From assembly GCA_014894375.1 (NCBI GenBank), contig JADBLP010000056.1:1-49381 (forward strand): a DNA stretch of 49,381 nt, in the 5' to 3' direction. The notes beneath the pieces are model-generated. The model ran no database searches. It had not been told where the DNA came from and worked only from the letters and a program-made list of their open reading frames with translations. This document shows positions 20,131 to 29,843 of this stretch, piece after piece (position 1 is the stretch's first letter; each line of letters begins with the position of its first letter). Origin of the DNA: Actinomycetota bacterium (GTDB lineage: Bacteria; Actinomycetota; Humimicrobiia; Humimicrobiales; Humimicrobiaceae). A program made the translations under genes and the position numbers.

Positions 20131-20586
20131 ATGTCAGAGCTTTTAGCAAGAGATGTTATGGTAAAAAAAGTTATTACTATAAACAAGAACGCTTCGGTGG
20201 CAGAACTTTCAGAATTGCTTATAAAAAATAAGATAAGCGGTGTACCTGTTGTTGATGACAGCGGTAAACTGGTCGGGATTGCTACTGAAGGAGATTTAAT
20301 TATAAGAGATGCTGATCTTCATTTTCCAAGATATTTCAAATTACTGGACAGTATTATATATCTTGAAAGTTTAAACAAGTTTAAGAGAAATCTCAGAAAA
20401 TATTTAGGAACAAAAGCAGAGGATGTAATGACCAGTAAGGTTAAAATAGTTAAAGAAGATACACCGGTTAATGTAGTTGCAAATATAATGGTAGGGAATA
20501 ATGTTAATAGAGTTCCCGTACTGGATAATGATGGTAATCTAGTAGGAATAATTACCAGAGCAGATATTGTAAAATCAATGGTTTGA
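20131..20586 (+). CDS. CBS domain-pair protein
   Basis: 151-aa ORF with two CBS motifs (ISGVPVVDDSGKLVGIATEGDL; VNRVPVLDNDGNLVGIITRADI). Confidence 0.85.
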   Translation: MSELLARDVMVKKVITINKNASVAELSELLIKNKISGVPVVDDSGKLVGIATEGDLIIRDADLHFPRYFKLLDSIIYLESLNKFKRNLRKYLGTKAEDVMTSKVKIVKEDTPVNVVANIMVGNNVNRVPVLDNDGNLVGIITRADIVKSMV

Positions 20587-20613
20587 AAACATGGTTATTT
20601 TAATGCGAACTTT

Positions 20614-21792
20614 ATGCAAGAAAATAGTGTAATAAATAAAAGGTTTGCCTGGGCTGAAATTAATTTAGCACACCTTGCCCATAATCTAAAAATAATTAAA
20701 TCATATGCTGCCTCTGAAAATACCAGAATAATGGCAGTAGTTAAAGCTGATGCTTATGGCCATGGGGCGATAGAGATTTCAAGGCAGGCAATAAAAAGCG
20801 GAGCATATGCACTGGGAGCGGCACTGGTTGAAGAGGGAACCGGCCTAAGAAAATCGGGAATTGATGCACCTATATACGTTTTAGGTGAAAGTCCTGCTGG
20901 AGCAATAGAAGAGGCTTTAGAGCATAATTTAATTCTATGTATAAATTCATATAAGTCAGCTCAATTTATATCGAAGCAATGCAGTAAAATTGGAAAAGAA
21001 GCAACTATAAATATAAATGTGGATACAGGGATGAACAGGATAGGAATAAATTTTAATGATGCTGTCGACCAGATTTCAAAAATAGCAGCTCTTCCCAATT
21101 TAAGATTGGAGAGCATTTCTACACATTATTCCTGTGCCAGCAGCAGGGAAAGCTCTTATACTGAACTGCAGTGGGCTAGGTTTAATGAAATTATAAGACA
21201 GATAAAAAATAGTAGAATAGCAGTAAAATATTTTCACTGTGCTAACAGCGCAGCCTTTTTCAGGTACAGGAATATGCATCTGGATATGGTAAGAACTGGG
21301 ATTTCCATGTATGGCTTAAATCCTTTTGACGGGGATTATAATGACTGGCTTGGTCCGGAAACAGGTAATGTTATATCCAGTTTAAAACCAGTGTTTAGCC
21401 TTAAAGCCAGGATATCTTTTATAAAAAGTGTTCCGAGGGGCGAGGCTATTTCCTATTGCGGCACTTTTAAAACTAAAAGAGATAGTATAATTGCAACTGT
21501 ACCTGTGGGTTATGCGGATGGTTATTCAAGATTGCTGTCGAACAAAGCTATGGTTTTAATTAATGGAATGTCTGCACCAGTAGTAGGGAATATTACTATG
21601 GACCAGTTTATGATAGATATTACTGATGTTGCAAGGGATAATAATATTAGTGTTGGTGATGAGGTTATTCTAATGGGTGATTCTAAAGGACAGAGAATAA
21701 CTGCAGAAGATATCGCACAACTGATGGGGACCATAAATTATGAAGTGGTGTGTATGTTTAAAAACAGGATTCCAAGGATTTATATAAAATAA
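20614..21792 (+). CDS. alr: alanine racemase
   Basis: 392-aa ORF with the AVVKADAYGHGA PLP-lysine motif, VGYADGY, and GTINYEV near the C-terminus. Confidence 0.93.
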   Translation: MQENSVINKRFAWAEINLAHLAHNLKIIKSYAASENTRIMAVVKADAYGHGAIEISRQAIKSGAYALGAALVEEGTGLRKSGIDAPIYVLGESPAGAIEEALEHNLILCINSYKSAQFISKQCSKIGKEATININVDTGMNRIGINFNDAVDQISKIAALPNLRLESISTHYSCASSRESSYTELQWARFNEIIRQIKNSRIAVKYFHCANSAAFFRYRNMHLDMVRTGISMYGLNPFDGDYNDWLGPETGNVISSLKPVFSLKARISFIKSVPRGEAISYCGTFKTKRDSIIATVPVGYADGYSRLLSNKAMVLINGMSAPVVGNITMDQFMIDITDVARDNNISVGDEVILMGDSKGQRITAEDIAQLMGTINYEVVCMFKNRIPRIYIK

Positions 21793-21848
21793 AAAACTTA
21801 TAATATAAAAATTATAGCCATTAAAATTTGATAAGAAGGGGAAGTTTT

Positions 21849-22430
21849 ATGTGGATAAATAAAAATCATTTAAAATTAAAATTGTTTTTAATAATGGTTT
21901 TTTTATTTTTGGCAATTACTGTTATTAGTACAAGTTGCGCGGGTTCTCTGTTTTCACTTTTTAAAAGATTTACCACACTTGAAATTAGAATTGGGAAAAA
22001 TATTGATCAAGGCCTTGTAGCAAGCGAGCTGATATATCCTGATTCTATGGCTTTAGTACAGGTAGATGGCAGTATAGAGAGGATTCTGGAATTAGCTAAA
22101 CAATATAGCGCTGCTTTATCTGAAAAAGAATTTGCAGTTTTAGATGAATTACCACAGGAAATAAGGGAGCAGGAGTTAAGCGCAACAATTTATTCAACTG
22201 CAGATAATAAAATAGAAGTTTTAGATTATTATAATTCATCCGATAATAGAATATGGGATATACAGGAAATGCAAAACGGGGAGCAGGTCGATAATGGAGG
22301 ACAACTTACTATGTTATTTGCTTCCAGGGAGGGCGAACAAAAGATGTTCATGTTGATTGGGACACAGAAAAATACTTTTATAGTGTTCATTGGTTTTGAT
22401 TGGGGAGCATTATTGGAAATGGAGAAATAA
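21849..22430 (+). CDS. hypothetical lipoprotein
   Basis: ATG 21849 follows AAGGGGAAG SD. N-terminal basic, hydrophobic, then VISTSC lipobox-like signal. I recognise no family. Confidence 0.6.
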   Translation: MWINKNHLKLKLFLIMVFLFLAITVISTSCAGSLFSLFKRFTTLEIRIGKNIDQGLVASELIYPDSMALVQVDGSIERILELAKQYSAALSEKEFAVLDELPQEIREQELSATIYSTADNKIEVLDYYNSSDNRIWDIQEMQNGEQVDNGGQLTMLFASREGEQKMFMLIGTQKNTFIVFIGFDWGALLEMEK

Positions 22431-22467
22431 ATATGTTTTAGATAAAGTATTAAATAATTTTAAAGAA

Positions 22468-22496
22468 TTGAAGACACTTTTTATTAATGTTAGAAT
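22468..22496 (+). promoter_or_regulatory. candidate sigma-70-type promoter (TTGAAG-17 nt-TAGAAT)
   Basis: TTGAAG at 22468-22473, 17-nt spacer, TAGAAT at 22491-22496, about 45 nt upstream of the 22542 ATG. Confidence 0.45.
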
Positions 22497-22541
22497 AAGA
22501 AAAATTATTACTAATATCATTCATTAATTCAGGAGGGAATA

Positions 22542-22895
22542 ATGAAAAAAATATTGTCACTGGCTTCTTTATTATTATTTACGGCAGCGATGTTGCTGGG
22601 TGTTGGCTGTGCTGATAAAGAAGTAATGTGGGGAGTATGGGGAACAGGGATAGGCATTTTTACATTTATCTGTGTGGGATTCTTCTCTATTATAGGTATT
22701 TTGCTGTTTGTATTGTGGATACTAACCCTTATAGACTGCGCTAAAAGAAAAAATGAAGATTTCCCCGGTGGCGGGGAGAACGCCAAAACCATATGGTTAG
22801 TGATATTAATTGCAACATGGGTAGTTGGATTCTGGTGGGTGGCAGCAATTGTTTATTACTTTATAGTAATGAAGAAGATGCCTCGAAAGAAATAA
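22542..22895 (+). CDS. membrane (lipo)protein with PLDc_N-type C-terminal domain
   Basis: 117-aa ORF, GGAGGG SD. LLGVGC lipobox-like signal, then TM helices, and LIDCAKR...KTIWLVILI...W.AAIVYYF typical of the PLD-nuclease N-terminal (PLDc_N) small-membrane-protein family. Confidence 0.7.
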   Translation: MKKILSLASLLLFTAAMLLGVGCADKEVMWGVWGTGIGIFTFICVGFFSIIGILLFVLWILTLIDCAKRKNEDFPGGGENAKTIWLVILIATWVVGFWWVAAIVYYFIVMKKMPRKK

Positions 22896-22937
22896 TTAAA
22901 GCTTTGCAAAACATATTTTTATATTAATTATATATTT

Positions 22938-22976
22938 AGCCCTTTAATTAGTTAAATTTTAACTGATTAAGGGGCT
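22938..22976. terminator. long hairpin between convergent genes (putative bidirectional terminator)
   Basis: AGCCCTTTAATTAGTTAA / TTAACTGATTAAGGGGCT pair as an ~18-bp stem (two G-U) with a 3-nt loop. T-rich on the + side. Abuts the stop of the minus-strand gene. Confidence 0.6.
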
Positions 22977-23176
22977 TATTCTTCTGAATTTTTCCTTGAT
23001 GTGAATTCATTTATTAAGTTTGAGATAGAAGGTGGAATAATTTCTTTTTGCTTTAACATATTCATTATGTTTTTTATGCCAACCCTCTTTACAATATAAC
23101 CAGCAATTGCTCCTATTATTGCTCCTCCGATTATGAAGCTGATATCTTTTTTATCAATTTTTTTATCTTCGGCCAT
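22976..23176 (-). CDS. small membrane-associated protein (YtxH-like)
   Basis: 66-aa ORF with Gly/Ala-rich hydrophobic helix FIIGGAIIGAIAGYIV followed by an amphipathic tail. AAGGAAGGG SD on the minus strand. Confidence 0.55.
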   Translation of the reverse strand: MAEDKKIDKKDISFIIGGAIIGAIAGYIVKRVGIKNIMNMLKQKEIIPPSISNLINEFTSRKNSEE

Positions 23177-23381
23177 TTTAAACCCTTCCTTTGGAAAATA
23201 TATAAATTAAATATAATTATAATGTTTCCTGATTATTATAACCTAATATATGTTATTATTCCAAAAATTGATTCAGGAGTATTTGATATGGTAATTTTGA
23301 GTGCAAATAGATATTTATTATTGTAGAATATAAAAAATTTCAAACTGCCGGTTATTTAAAATATTATATGATTATAAGACA

Positions 23382-24086
23382 ATGAATATTGGTTTTAATC
23401 AAGAAATGAATACTTCTGGAAGATACAGATATTTTGATTTGATAACAGGTCTTTTTGTTGCAGTGCTGCTCATTTCAAATATAGCTTCATCTAAAATTGT
23501 TGAAATCTGGAAATTTACTTTTGATGGTGGAACAATCCTTTTTCCACTTTCTTATATTTTTGGAGATATACTGACTGAAGTTTATGGGTATAGAAAGAGC
23601 AGGCGGGTTATATGGATAGGGTTTTTCTGTGCGCTCCTTATGTCTTTAACCCTTGGTTTAATAGGTTTAATTAAGCCTGCCAGTGGATGGGAGTTCCAGG
23701 AAGCTTATATGAGAATACTTGGACAAACCCCAAGAATAGTTACTGCTTCCCTTATTGCTTACTTTGCAGGAGAATTTTCAAATTCTTTTGTGCTGGCAAA
23801 AATGAAGATCCTTACAAAAGGAAAGTGGCTTTTTACAAGGACTATAGGATCTACTATTATCGGTGAAGGGGTTGATACTATTATTTTTGTAATTATTGCA
23901 TTCCTGGGTGTGTATACAAACAGTCTGGTACTGCTCATAATCATCTCAAACTATGTTTTTAAGGTTTCTCTTGAAATTATCTTTACGCCACTTACTTATA
24001 AGATTGTCGGATTCTTAAAAAGAACTGAAAAAGTGGATTGGTTTGATTATAAAACTAATTTTAATCCATTTAGTTTTTTTGATTAA
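23382..24086 (+). CDS. yhhQ: queuosine-precursor transporter (YhhQ/DUF165, VUT family)
   Basis: 234-aa polytopic ORF with ISNI.S.K......F.GGTILFPLSYIFGDILTEVYGY...RRVIW, characteristic of the YhhQ family. Confidence 0.8.
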   Translation: MNIGFNQEMNTSGRYRYFDLITGLFVAVLLISNIASSKIVEIWKFTFDGGTILFPLSYIFGDILTEVYGYRKSRRVIWIGFFCALLMSLTLGLIGLIKPASGWEFQEAYMRILGQTPRIVTASLIAYFAGEFSNSFVLAKMKILTKGKWLFTRTIGSTIIGEGVDTIIFVIIAFLGVYTNSLVLLIIISNYVFKVSLEIIFTPLTYKIVGFLKRTEKVDWFDYKTNFNPFSFFD

Positions 24087-24097
24087 GCTGCTGTAAT

Positions 24098-24994
24098 TTA
24101 ATCTACATCCGGAGGAGGGTAGCGGTAGTGTCCCACTATTTTATACTCCAGGAGTTTATCAACCTCCCTGACCTTTCCAAATTCACTTGAGATCATTATT
24201 ACAAGAGGAACTCCTTCATCGTTGTAACGGGGAGAAATAAATCCTCCTAAATCCTTGTCAGGATTGTTTTCATCAAACTGGAAATAAACTATATCCCCCT
24301 CCTGCCATAGGAGACTTTTGTTTTCATCATTAATGTCATACTCAACAGTCAGCTCTAATGCATTACGTTGAAAGAATTTTTCCTGGAAAAAGACTACTCT
24401 AAAATCAATATATTTTATTGGTGTCTTACTGCCTTTTATATCCATGGGATAAGCTTCTTTATGTTCGCTCATATCTTTATATATCAGTTCCATAAGGTCA
24501 TAACCACAATCTCTCAGGGTCACCGAGATCACATCGGTAGAAATCCATACATTACTAGTGGGGTAGCCTGCATCAGGAAAGACTTCATATCCGTATTTTA
24601 TATCTTTATCAAGCAGTTCCAGGGCTTTAAGAACAATTTTTTTCTGGATATCGGTTAAATTCTGGCCTTCTATTTCAGCGGATTGATTTTCATCCGATTC
24701 TATTGCAGAATCTTCTTCAGTTACAGAAGCATCACCGTCTTCAATGGATCTGGATTCTGATTCTCCGTAAGATATATCAAGGGTTAGTTCAGAAATAGGA
24801 AAATCTATTTTGGAAGAAAATAATTTTTCGGGCAGCTTAAATATCTTCTCCTGATAGCATGCTCTTAGAATCAGCAGTTGCAGTAAAGCTATAAGGCCTA
24901 CAATGTAAATAAAGTACTTGTAGTTGACACACTTTCTATATTGTTTTTTTCTGATTCTTTCTTTCATCTTTGAATATATTATATTAAAAACCAA
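24098..24994 (-). CDS. membrane-anchored DUF1287-like protein
   Basis: N-terminal TM helix, acidic linker, then a domain ending ...YKIVGHYRYPP that resembles DUF1287 as I recall it. Start uncertain (TTG 24994 or ATG 24967; no clear SD for either). Confidence 0.6.
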   Translation of the reverse strand: MVFNIIYSKMKERIRKKQYRKCVNYKYFIYIVGLIALLQLLILRACYQEKIFKLPEKLFSSKIDFPISELTLDISYGESESRSIEDGDASVTEEDSAIESDENQSAEIEGQNLTDIQKKIVLKALELLDKDIKYGYEVFPDAGYPTSNVWISTDVISVTLRDCGYDLMELIYKDMSEHKEAYPMDIKGSKTPIKYIDFRVVFFQEKFFQRNALELTVEYDINDENKSLLWQEGDIVYFQFDENNPDKDLGGFISPRYNDEGVPLVIMISSEFGKVREVDKLLEYKIVGHYRYPPPDVD

Positions 24995-25146
24995 ATAAAA
25001 TTAAGAGGAGACAGCATTTTTTTTAAAATTGAAAGTATACCAGAATTATTATAATATATTAAAAATTAAAAATTCCTGGTTTAAATAGAGTATGTAACTT
25101 TTTTAAGCAGGAAGCTGATAAAAATTAATAAATTTTTATTTTTTTC

Positions 25147-25175
25147 TTGACAGTATTTTTTTTTATTAATATAAT
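25147..25175 (+). promoter_or_regulatory. consensus sigma-70-type promoter (TTGACA-17 nt-TATAAT) for the Rrf2 / sulfur amino-acid cluster
   Basis: Perfect TTGACA at 25147-25152, exact 17-nt spacer, perfect TATAAT at 25170-25175. An inverted repeat AATACTA-N18-TAGTATT (25173-25204) spans the predicted transcription start site (TSS). Confidence 0.7.
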
Positions 25176-25226
25176 ACTACTAATTGAATAATATAAATAG
25201 TATTGATAAAAAGAGGAAGACTGGAA

Positions 25227-25667
25227 GTGAGGATTTCTACAAGAGCAAGGTATGGGCTGAGATTAATGATAGAGATAGCGGCAAATTCAGGGAAGGGCCC
25301 GATATATCTGAAGGAAATTGCCAAAAATATTGATGTATCGGAAAAGTACTTAAGCCAGATAATAATACCGCTTAAGGGGAAATGCCTTATAAATACCTAT
25401 GGCGGCGCTCATAGCGGGTATATTTTGGGCAGGTCTTCATCAGAAATTAAATTAAAAGAAATTGTAGAAATTCTGGAAGGAGATCTGAATTTAATTGATT
25501 GTGTGAATAATACTTCGGTCTGCGGTAAAGTAAATACCTGTGTAACAAGAGATATCTGGGCTAAATTGGGAGAAAAAATTTCAGAATTTCTTAATTCATT
25601 TACTCTGGAGGATCTGGTAAGAATGCAGAAAGAAAAGGCCGAAGATATGGTAATGTACGGAATATAA
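25227..25667 (+). CDS. Rrf2-family transcriptional regulator (CymR/IscR-like)
   Basis: GTG 25227 after AAGAGGAAG SD gives MRISTRARYGLRLMIEIA..., the canonical Rrf2 N-terminal wHTH. Cysteines in CVNNTSVCGKVNTC suggest a possible cluster-binding site. Confidence 0.88.
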   Translation: MRISTRARYGLRLMIEIAANSGKGPIYLKEIAKNIDVSEKYLSQIIIPLKGKCLINTYGGAHSGYILGRSSSEIKLKEIVEILEGDLNLIDCVNNTSVCGKVNTCVTRDIWAKLGEKISEFLNSFTLEDLVRMQKEKAEDMVMYGI

Positions 25668-25741
25668 CTATAAAAAAGCAGATTTTATAGAAAACATTAA
25701 TACTTTTATTTAATAGATAAATATTTTTAAAGAATGCTTAG

Positions 25742-27058
<1,317 letters not shown>

Positions 27059-27094
27059 GATAAATTATTCTATTAAAGTTTGGAGGATAAGTTT

Positions 27095-28018
27095 ATGGGT
27101 AAAATTTTTAATGATATTACAGAAACAATCGGTCGTACACCTTTGGTTAGAATAAACAGACTGGCAGATGTCACAGGTGCCACAGTACTGGCAAAATTGG
27201 AATCATTTAATCCGCTTTCAAGTGTAAAAGACAGGATTGGAGTTTCAATGATTAATGCTGCTGAAAATGAAGGTTTAATAAACAAAGATACGGTAATTAT
27301 AGAGCCTACAAGTGGAAATACTGGCATTGCACTGGCTTTTGTGTGCGCTGCCAGAGGATATAGATTAATTCTTACTATGCCGGATACAATGAGTTTAGAA
27401 CGAAGAAAGCTTCTTACCATATTTGGTGCTGAGCTTGTCCTGACAGATGGTTCAAGAGGAATGAGAGGGGCTGTGGAAGAAGCAGAAAAAATTCAGAAGA
27501 GTATAAAAAACAGTTTTATGCCCCAGCAATTTAAAAATGCTGCAAATCCTGAAATGCACAGAAAAACAACCGCTGAAGAGATATGGGCTGACACAGATGG
27601 GAGTATAGATATATTTATTGCCGGAGTAGGTACCGGTGGAACTATTACCGGTGTGGGAGAGATTTTGAAGCAAAGAAAGCCTCTGGTTAAAATAATAGCA
27701 GTTGAGCCGTCTGATTCCCCGGTTCTTTCGGGAGGCAGTGCGGGGCCCCATAAAATACAGGGTATTGGAGCAGGATTTGTTCCCGTGGTGTTAAATACCG
27801 GTATAATTGATGAGATTATCCAGGTTTCTAATGAAGATGCCGGTAATATGACCCGTAAAATAATAAGAGAAGAAGGGATTCTTGCTGGTATATCAAGCGG
27901 TGCTGCAATGTGGGCTGCAATAGAAGTTGCAAAGCGCAAAGAATCAGCCAGTAAGGTTATTGTTGTTATTTTACCGGACACAGGTGAGAGATATCTTTCT
28001 ACCCCGATGTTCCAGTAG
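27095..28018 (+). CDS. cysK: cysteine synthase A (O-acetylserine sulfhydrylase)
   Basis: [23 protein letters not shown]...NPLSSVKDR...[12 protein letters not shown]...[13 protein letters not shown] 27095 follows GGAGGA SD. Confidence 0.93.
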   Translation: MGKIFNDITETIGRTPLVRINRLADVTGATVLAKLESFNPLSSVKDRIGVSMINAAENEGLINKDTVIIEPTSGNTGIALAFVCAARGYRLILTMPDTMSLERRKLLTIFGAELVLTDGSRGMRGAVEEAEKIQKSIKNSFMPQQFKNAANPEMHRKTTAEEIWADTDGSIDIFIAGVGTGGTITGVGEILKQRKPLVKIIAVEPSDSPVLSGGSAGPHKIQGIGAGFVPVVLNTGIIDEIIQVSNEDAGNMTRKIIREEGILAGISSGAAMWAAIEVAKRKESASKVIVVILPDTGERYLSTPMFQ

Positions 28019-28064
28019 CAGTAATTTCTTTAATTTTATATAAAATAGATACAGGTGAGCGAAT

Positions 28065-29198
28065 ATGGCAAGTGGAATAGAAATAGTTAATACAAAATAT
28101 TATAATTTTGCCCAGACTCCGGATGAAATGACACTGGAGTCCGGGAAGAAACTGGGTCCCATTACAATTGCGTATGAAACATACGGCAGGTTAAACGAGA
28201 GTAAAAGTAATGCGGTTATGGTTTTGCATGCCCTATCTGGAGATGCTCATGTTGCCGGATTTCATAAGGGAGACGAAAAACCCGGGTGGTGGGACAATAT
28301 GATAGGTCCGGGTAAAGCTTTTGATACTGAAAAATATTTTATTATATGCTCGAATGTTATTGGTGGATGTAAAGGGAGCACTGGTCCATCTTCGTTGAAT
28401 GCGGAGACAGGAAAACCTTATGGCATTGATTTTCCAATAGTTACAATCTCTGACATGATAAACGCGCAAAAGCATTTGATTGATTATCTTGGGATAGACA
28501 GGTTGCTGTGTGTTGTGGGAGGCTCGATGGGTGGAATGCAGGTTATGCAATGGGTCGCTTCCTATCCGGATAGAGTTCTATCAGCTATTCCTATAGCTAC
28601 AGCATTAAAACATTCTCCGCAACAAATTGCGTTTAATGAAGTAGGAAGGCAGGCGGTAATGTCTGATCCCGCCTGGCGCGGTGGCAACTACTATGGCCAT
28701 AGCCAGCCGGAGAATGGCCTGGCTCTTGCAAGGATGATTGGGCATATAACTTATATGAGCGATGAGTCTATGGAGAAAAAATTTTCAAGGAAATTAAAAA
28801 ATGGAAGTTATAAATTTTCATTTACACCTGAATTTGAAGTTGAGGGTTATTTGCATTACAAGGGTGATAATTTTGTAAAGAGATTTGATGCCAATTCTTA
28901 TCTTTATATCACAAAAGCGATAGACTACTTTGATTTATCGTCCGAGGATAAACTTTTTCCAAATAGCAAGGAAGTTGATGTTAAATTTTTAGTTATCGCA
29001 TTTAAATCCGATTGGTTGTATCCTCCATACCAATCCAGGGAGATTGTTAAATTACTGAAAGCCAGACATGCAGATGTTACTTATTGTGAAATAAATTCCA
29101 ATTATGGTCACGATGCATTTCTTCTTGAATTTACAGAAGAGACTCGCCTGATAAAGCATTTTTTAAATAGGGTATACATTTATGAAGGAAAAAAATAA
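28065..29198 (+). CDS. metX: homoserine O-acetyltransferase
   Basis: 377-aa alpha/beta-hydrolase ORF with [16 protein letters not shown] (nucleophile elbow) and the C-terminal GHDAFL motif of MetX. Confidence 0.92.
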   Translation: MASGIEIVNTKYYNFAQTPDEMTLESGKKLGPITIAYETYGRLNESKSNAVMVLHALSGDAHVAGFHKGDEKPGWWDNMIGPGKAFDTEKYFIICSNVIGGCKGSTGPSSLNAETGKPYGIDFPIVTISDMINAQKHLIDYLGIDRLLCVVGGSMGGMQVMQWVASYPDRVLSAIPIATALKHSPQQIAFNEVGRQAVMSDPAWRGGNYYGHSQPENGLALARMIGHITYMSDESMEKKFSRKLKNGSYKFSFTPEFEVEGYLHYKGDNFVKRFDANSYLYITKAIDYFDLSSEDKLFPNSKEVDVKFLVIAFKSDWLYPPYQSREIVKLLKARHADVTYCEINSNYGHDAFLLEFTEETRLIKHFLNRVYIYEGKK

Positions 29199-29784
29199 TA
29201 AAAATATAAGACTGGACTACAAAATTATATTTAAAATTATAGAAACAGGTTCAAGTGTACTGGACCTCGGTTGCGGCAGCGGAGAGCTTCTGAATCTTTT
29301 AATTAAGGAGAAAAAAGTAAAAGCACGGGGCATAGAGGTAAGAGAAGGAGCTATTTATGAATGTGTGGAGAAGGGACTAAGTGTATTTCACGGAGATATA
29401 GAAGGCGGCCTGGGAGAATATCCTGATAATTCTTTTAATTATGTTATTTTAAATCAGAGTATGCAGGAAACCAAAAAAATAGAGTTCGTCCTGCAGGAAT
29501 CTCTCAGGGTGGGAAGAAAAGTAATAATAGGATTTCCTAATTTCGCTTATATCCGGTCCCGCTTTGACCTTTTTTTCAGGGGAAAGGCTCCTGTTACTCC
29601 ATCGCTTCCTTACAGCTGGTATGAATCACCAAATGTGCATTTCTTAAGCCTGAAAGATTTTAAAAATTATTGTAAGGAAAAGGGAATAAATATACTGGAA
29701 ACATATTATTTAGGTAAGAACAATATTATAAGGTTGTTTCCTAATCTGCTGGCTCCAAATGCGATTTTCGTTATTAGTAAATGA
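29182..29784 (+). CDS. metW: methionine biosynthesis protein MetW
   Basis: 200-aa ORF overlapping metX by 17 nt. SAM-methyltransferase-like [12 protein letters not shown] and the conserved MetW tail (PNVHF.S..DF...C). Confidence 0.88.
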   Translation: MKEKNNKNIRLDYKIIFKIIETGSSVLDLGCGSGELLNLLIKEKKVKARGIEVREGAIYECVEKGLSVFHGDIEGGLGEYPDNSFNYVILNQSMQETKKIEFVLQESLRVGRKVIIGFPNFAYIRSRFDLFFRGKAPVTPSLPYSWYESPNVHFLSLKDFKNYCKEKGINILETYYLGKNNIIRLFPNLLAPNAIFVISK

Positions 29785-29843
29785 GTAACTTGAGAGTGCA
29801 GAATGGATGTAAAGGGAACTAGCGGTTACTTTCCTTTCCATAT

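Noticed and set aside
21793-22541. Looked for a mazEF/ndoA-type toxin-antitoxin pair downstream of alr, a common arrangement in Firmicutes.
   Set aside because: The only ORF there is a signal-peptide lipoprotein. No small paired ORFs with antitoxin or toxin features are present.
23177-23381. preQ1 riboswitch upstream of the YhhQ-type queuosine-precursor transporter.
   Set aside because: I could not find the short G/C stem followed by the A-rich tail (…AAAAAACUA…) pairing into the SD that defines preQ1-I, nor anything like preQ1-II or preQ1-III. The spacer is almost pure A/T. An Infernal scan would be definitive.
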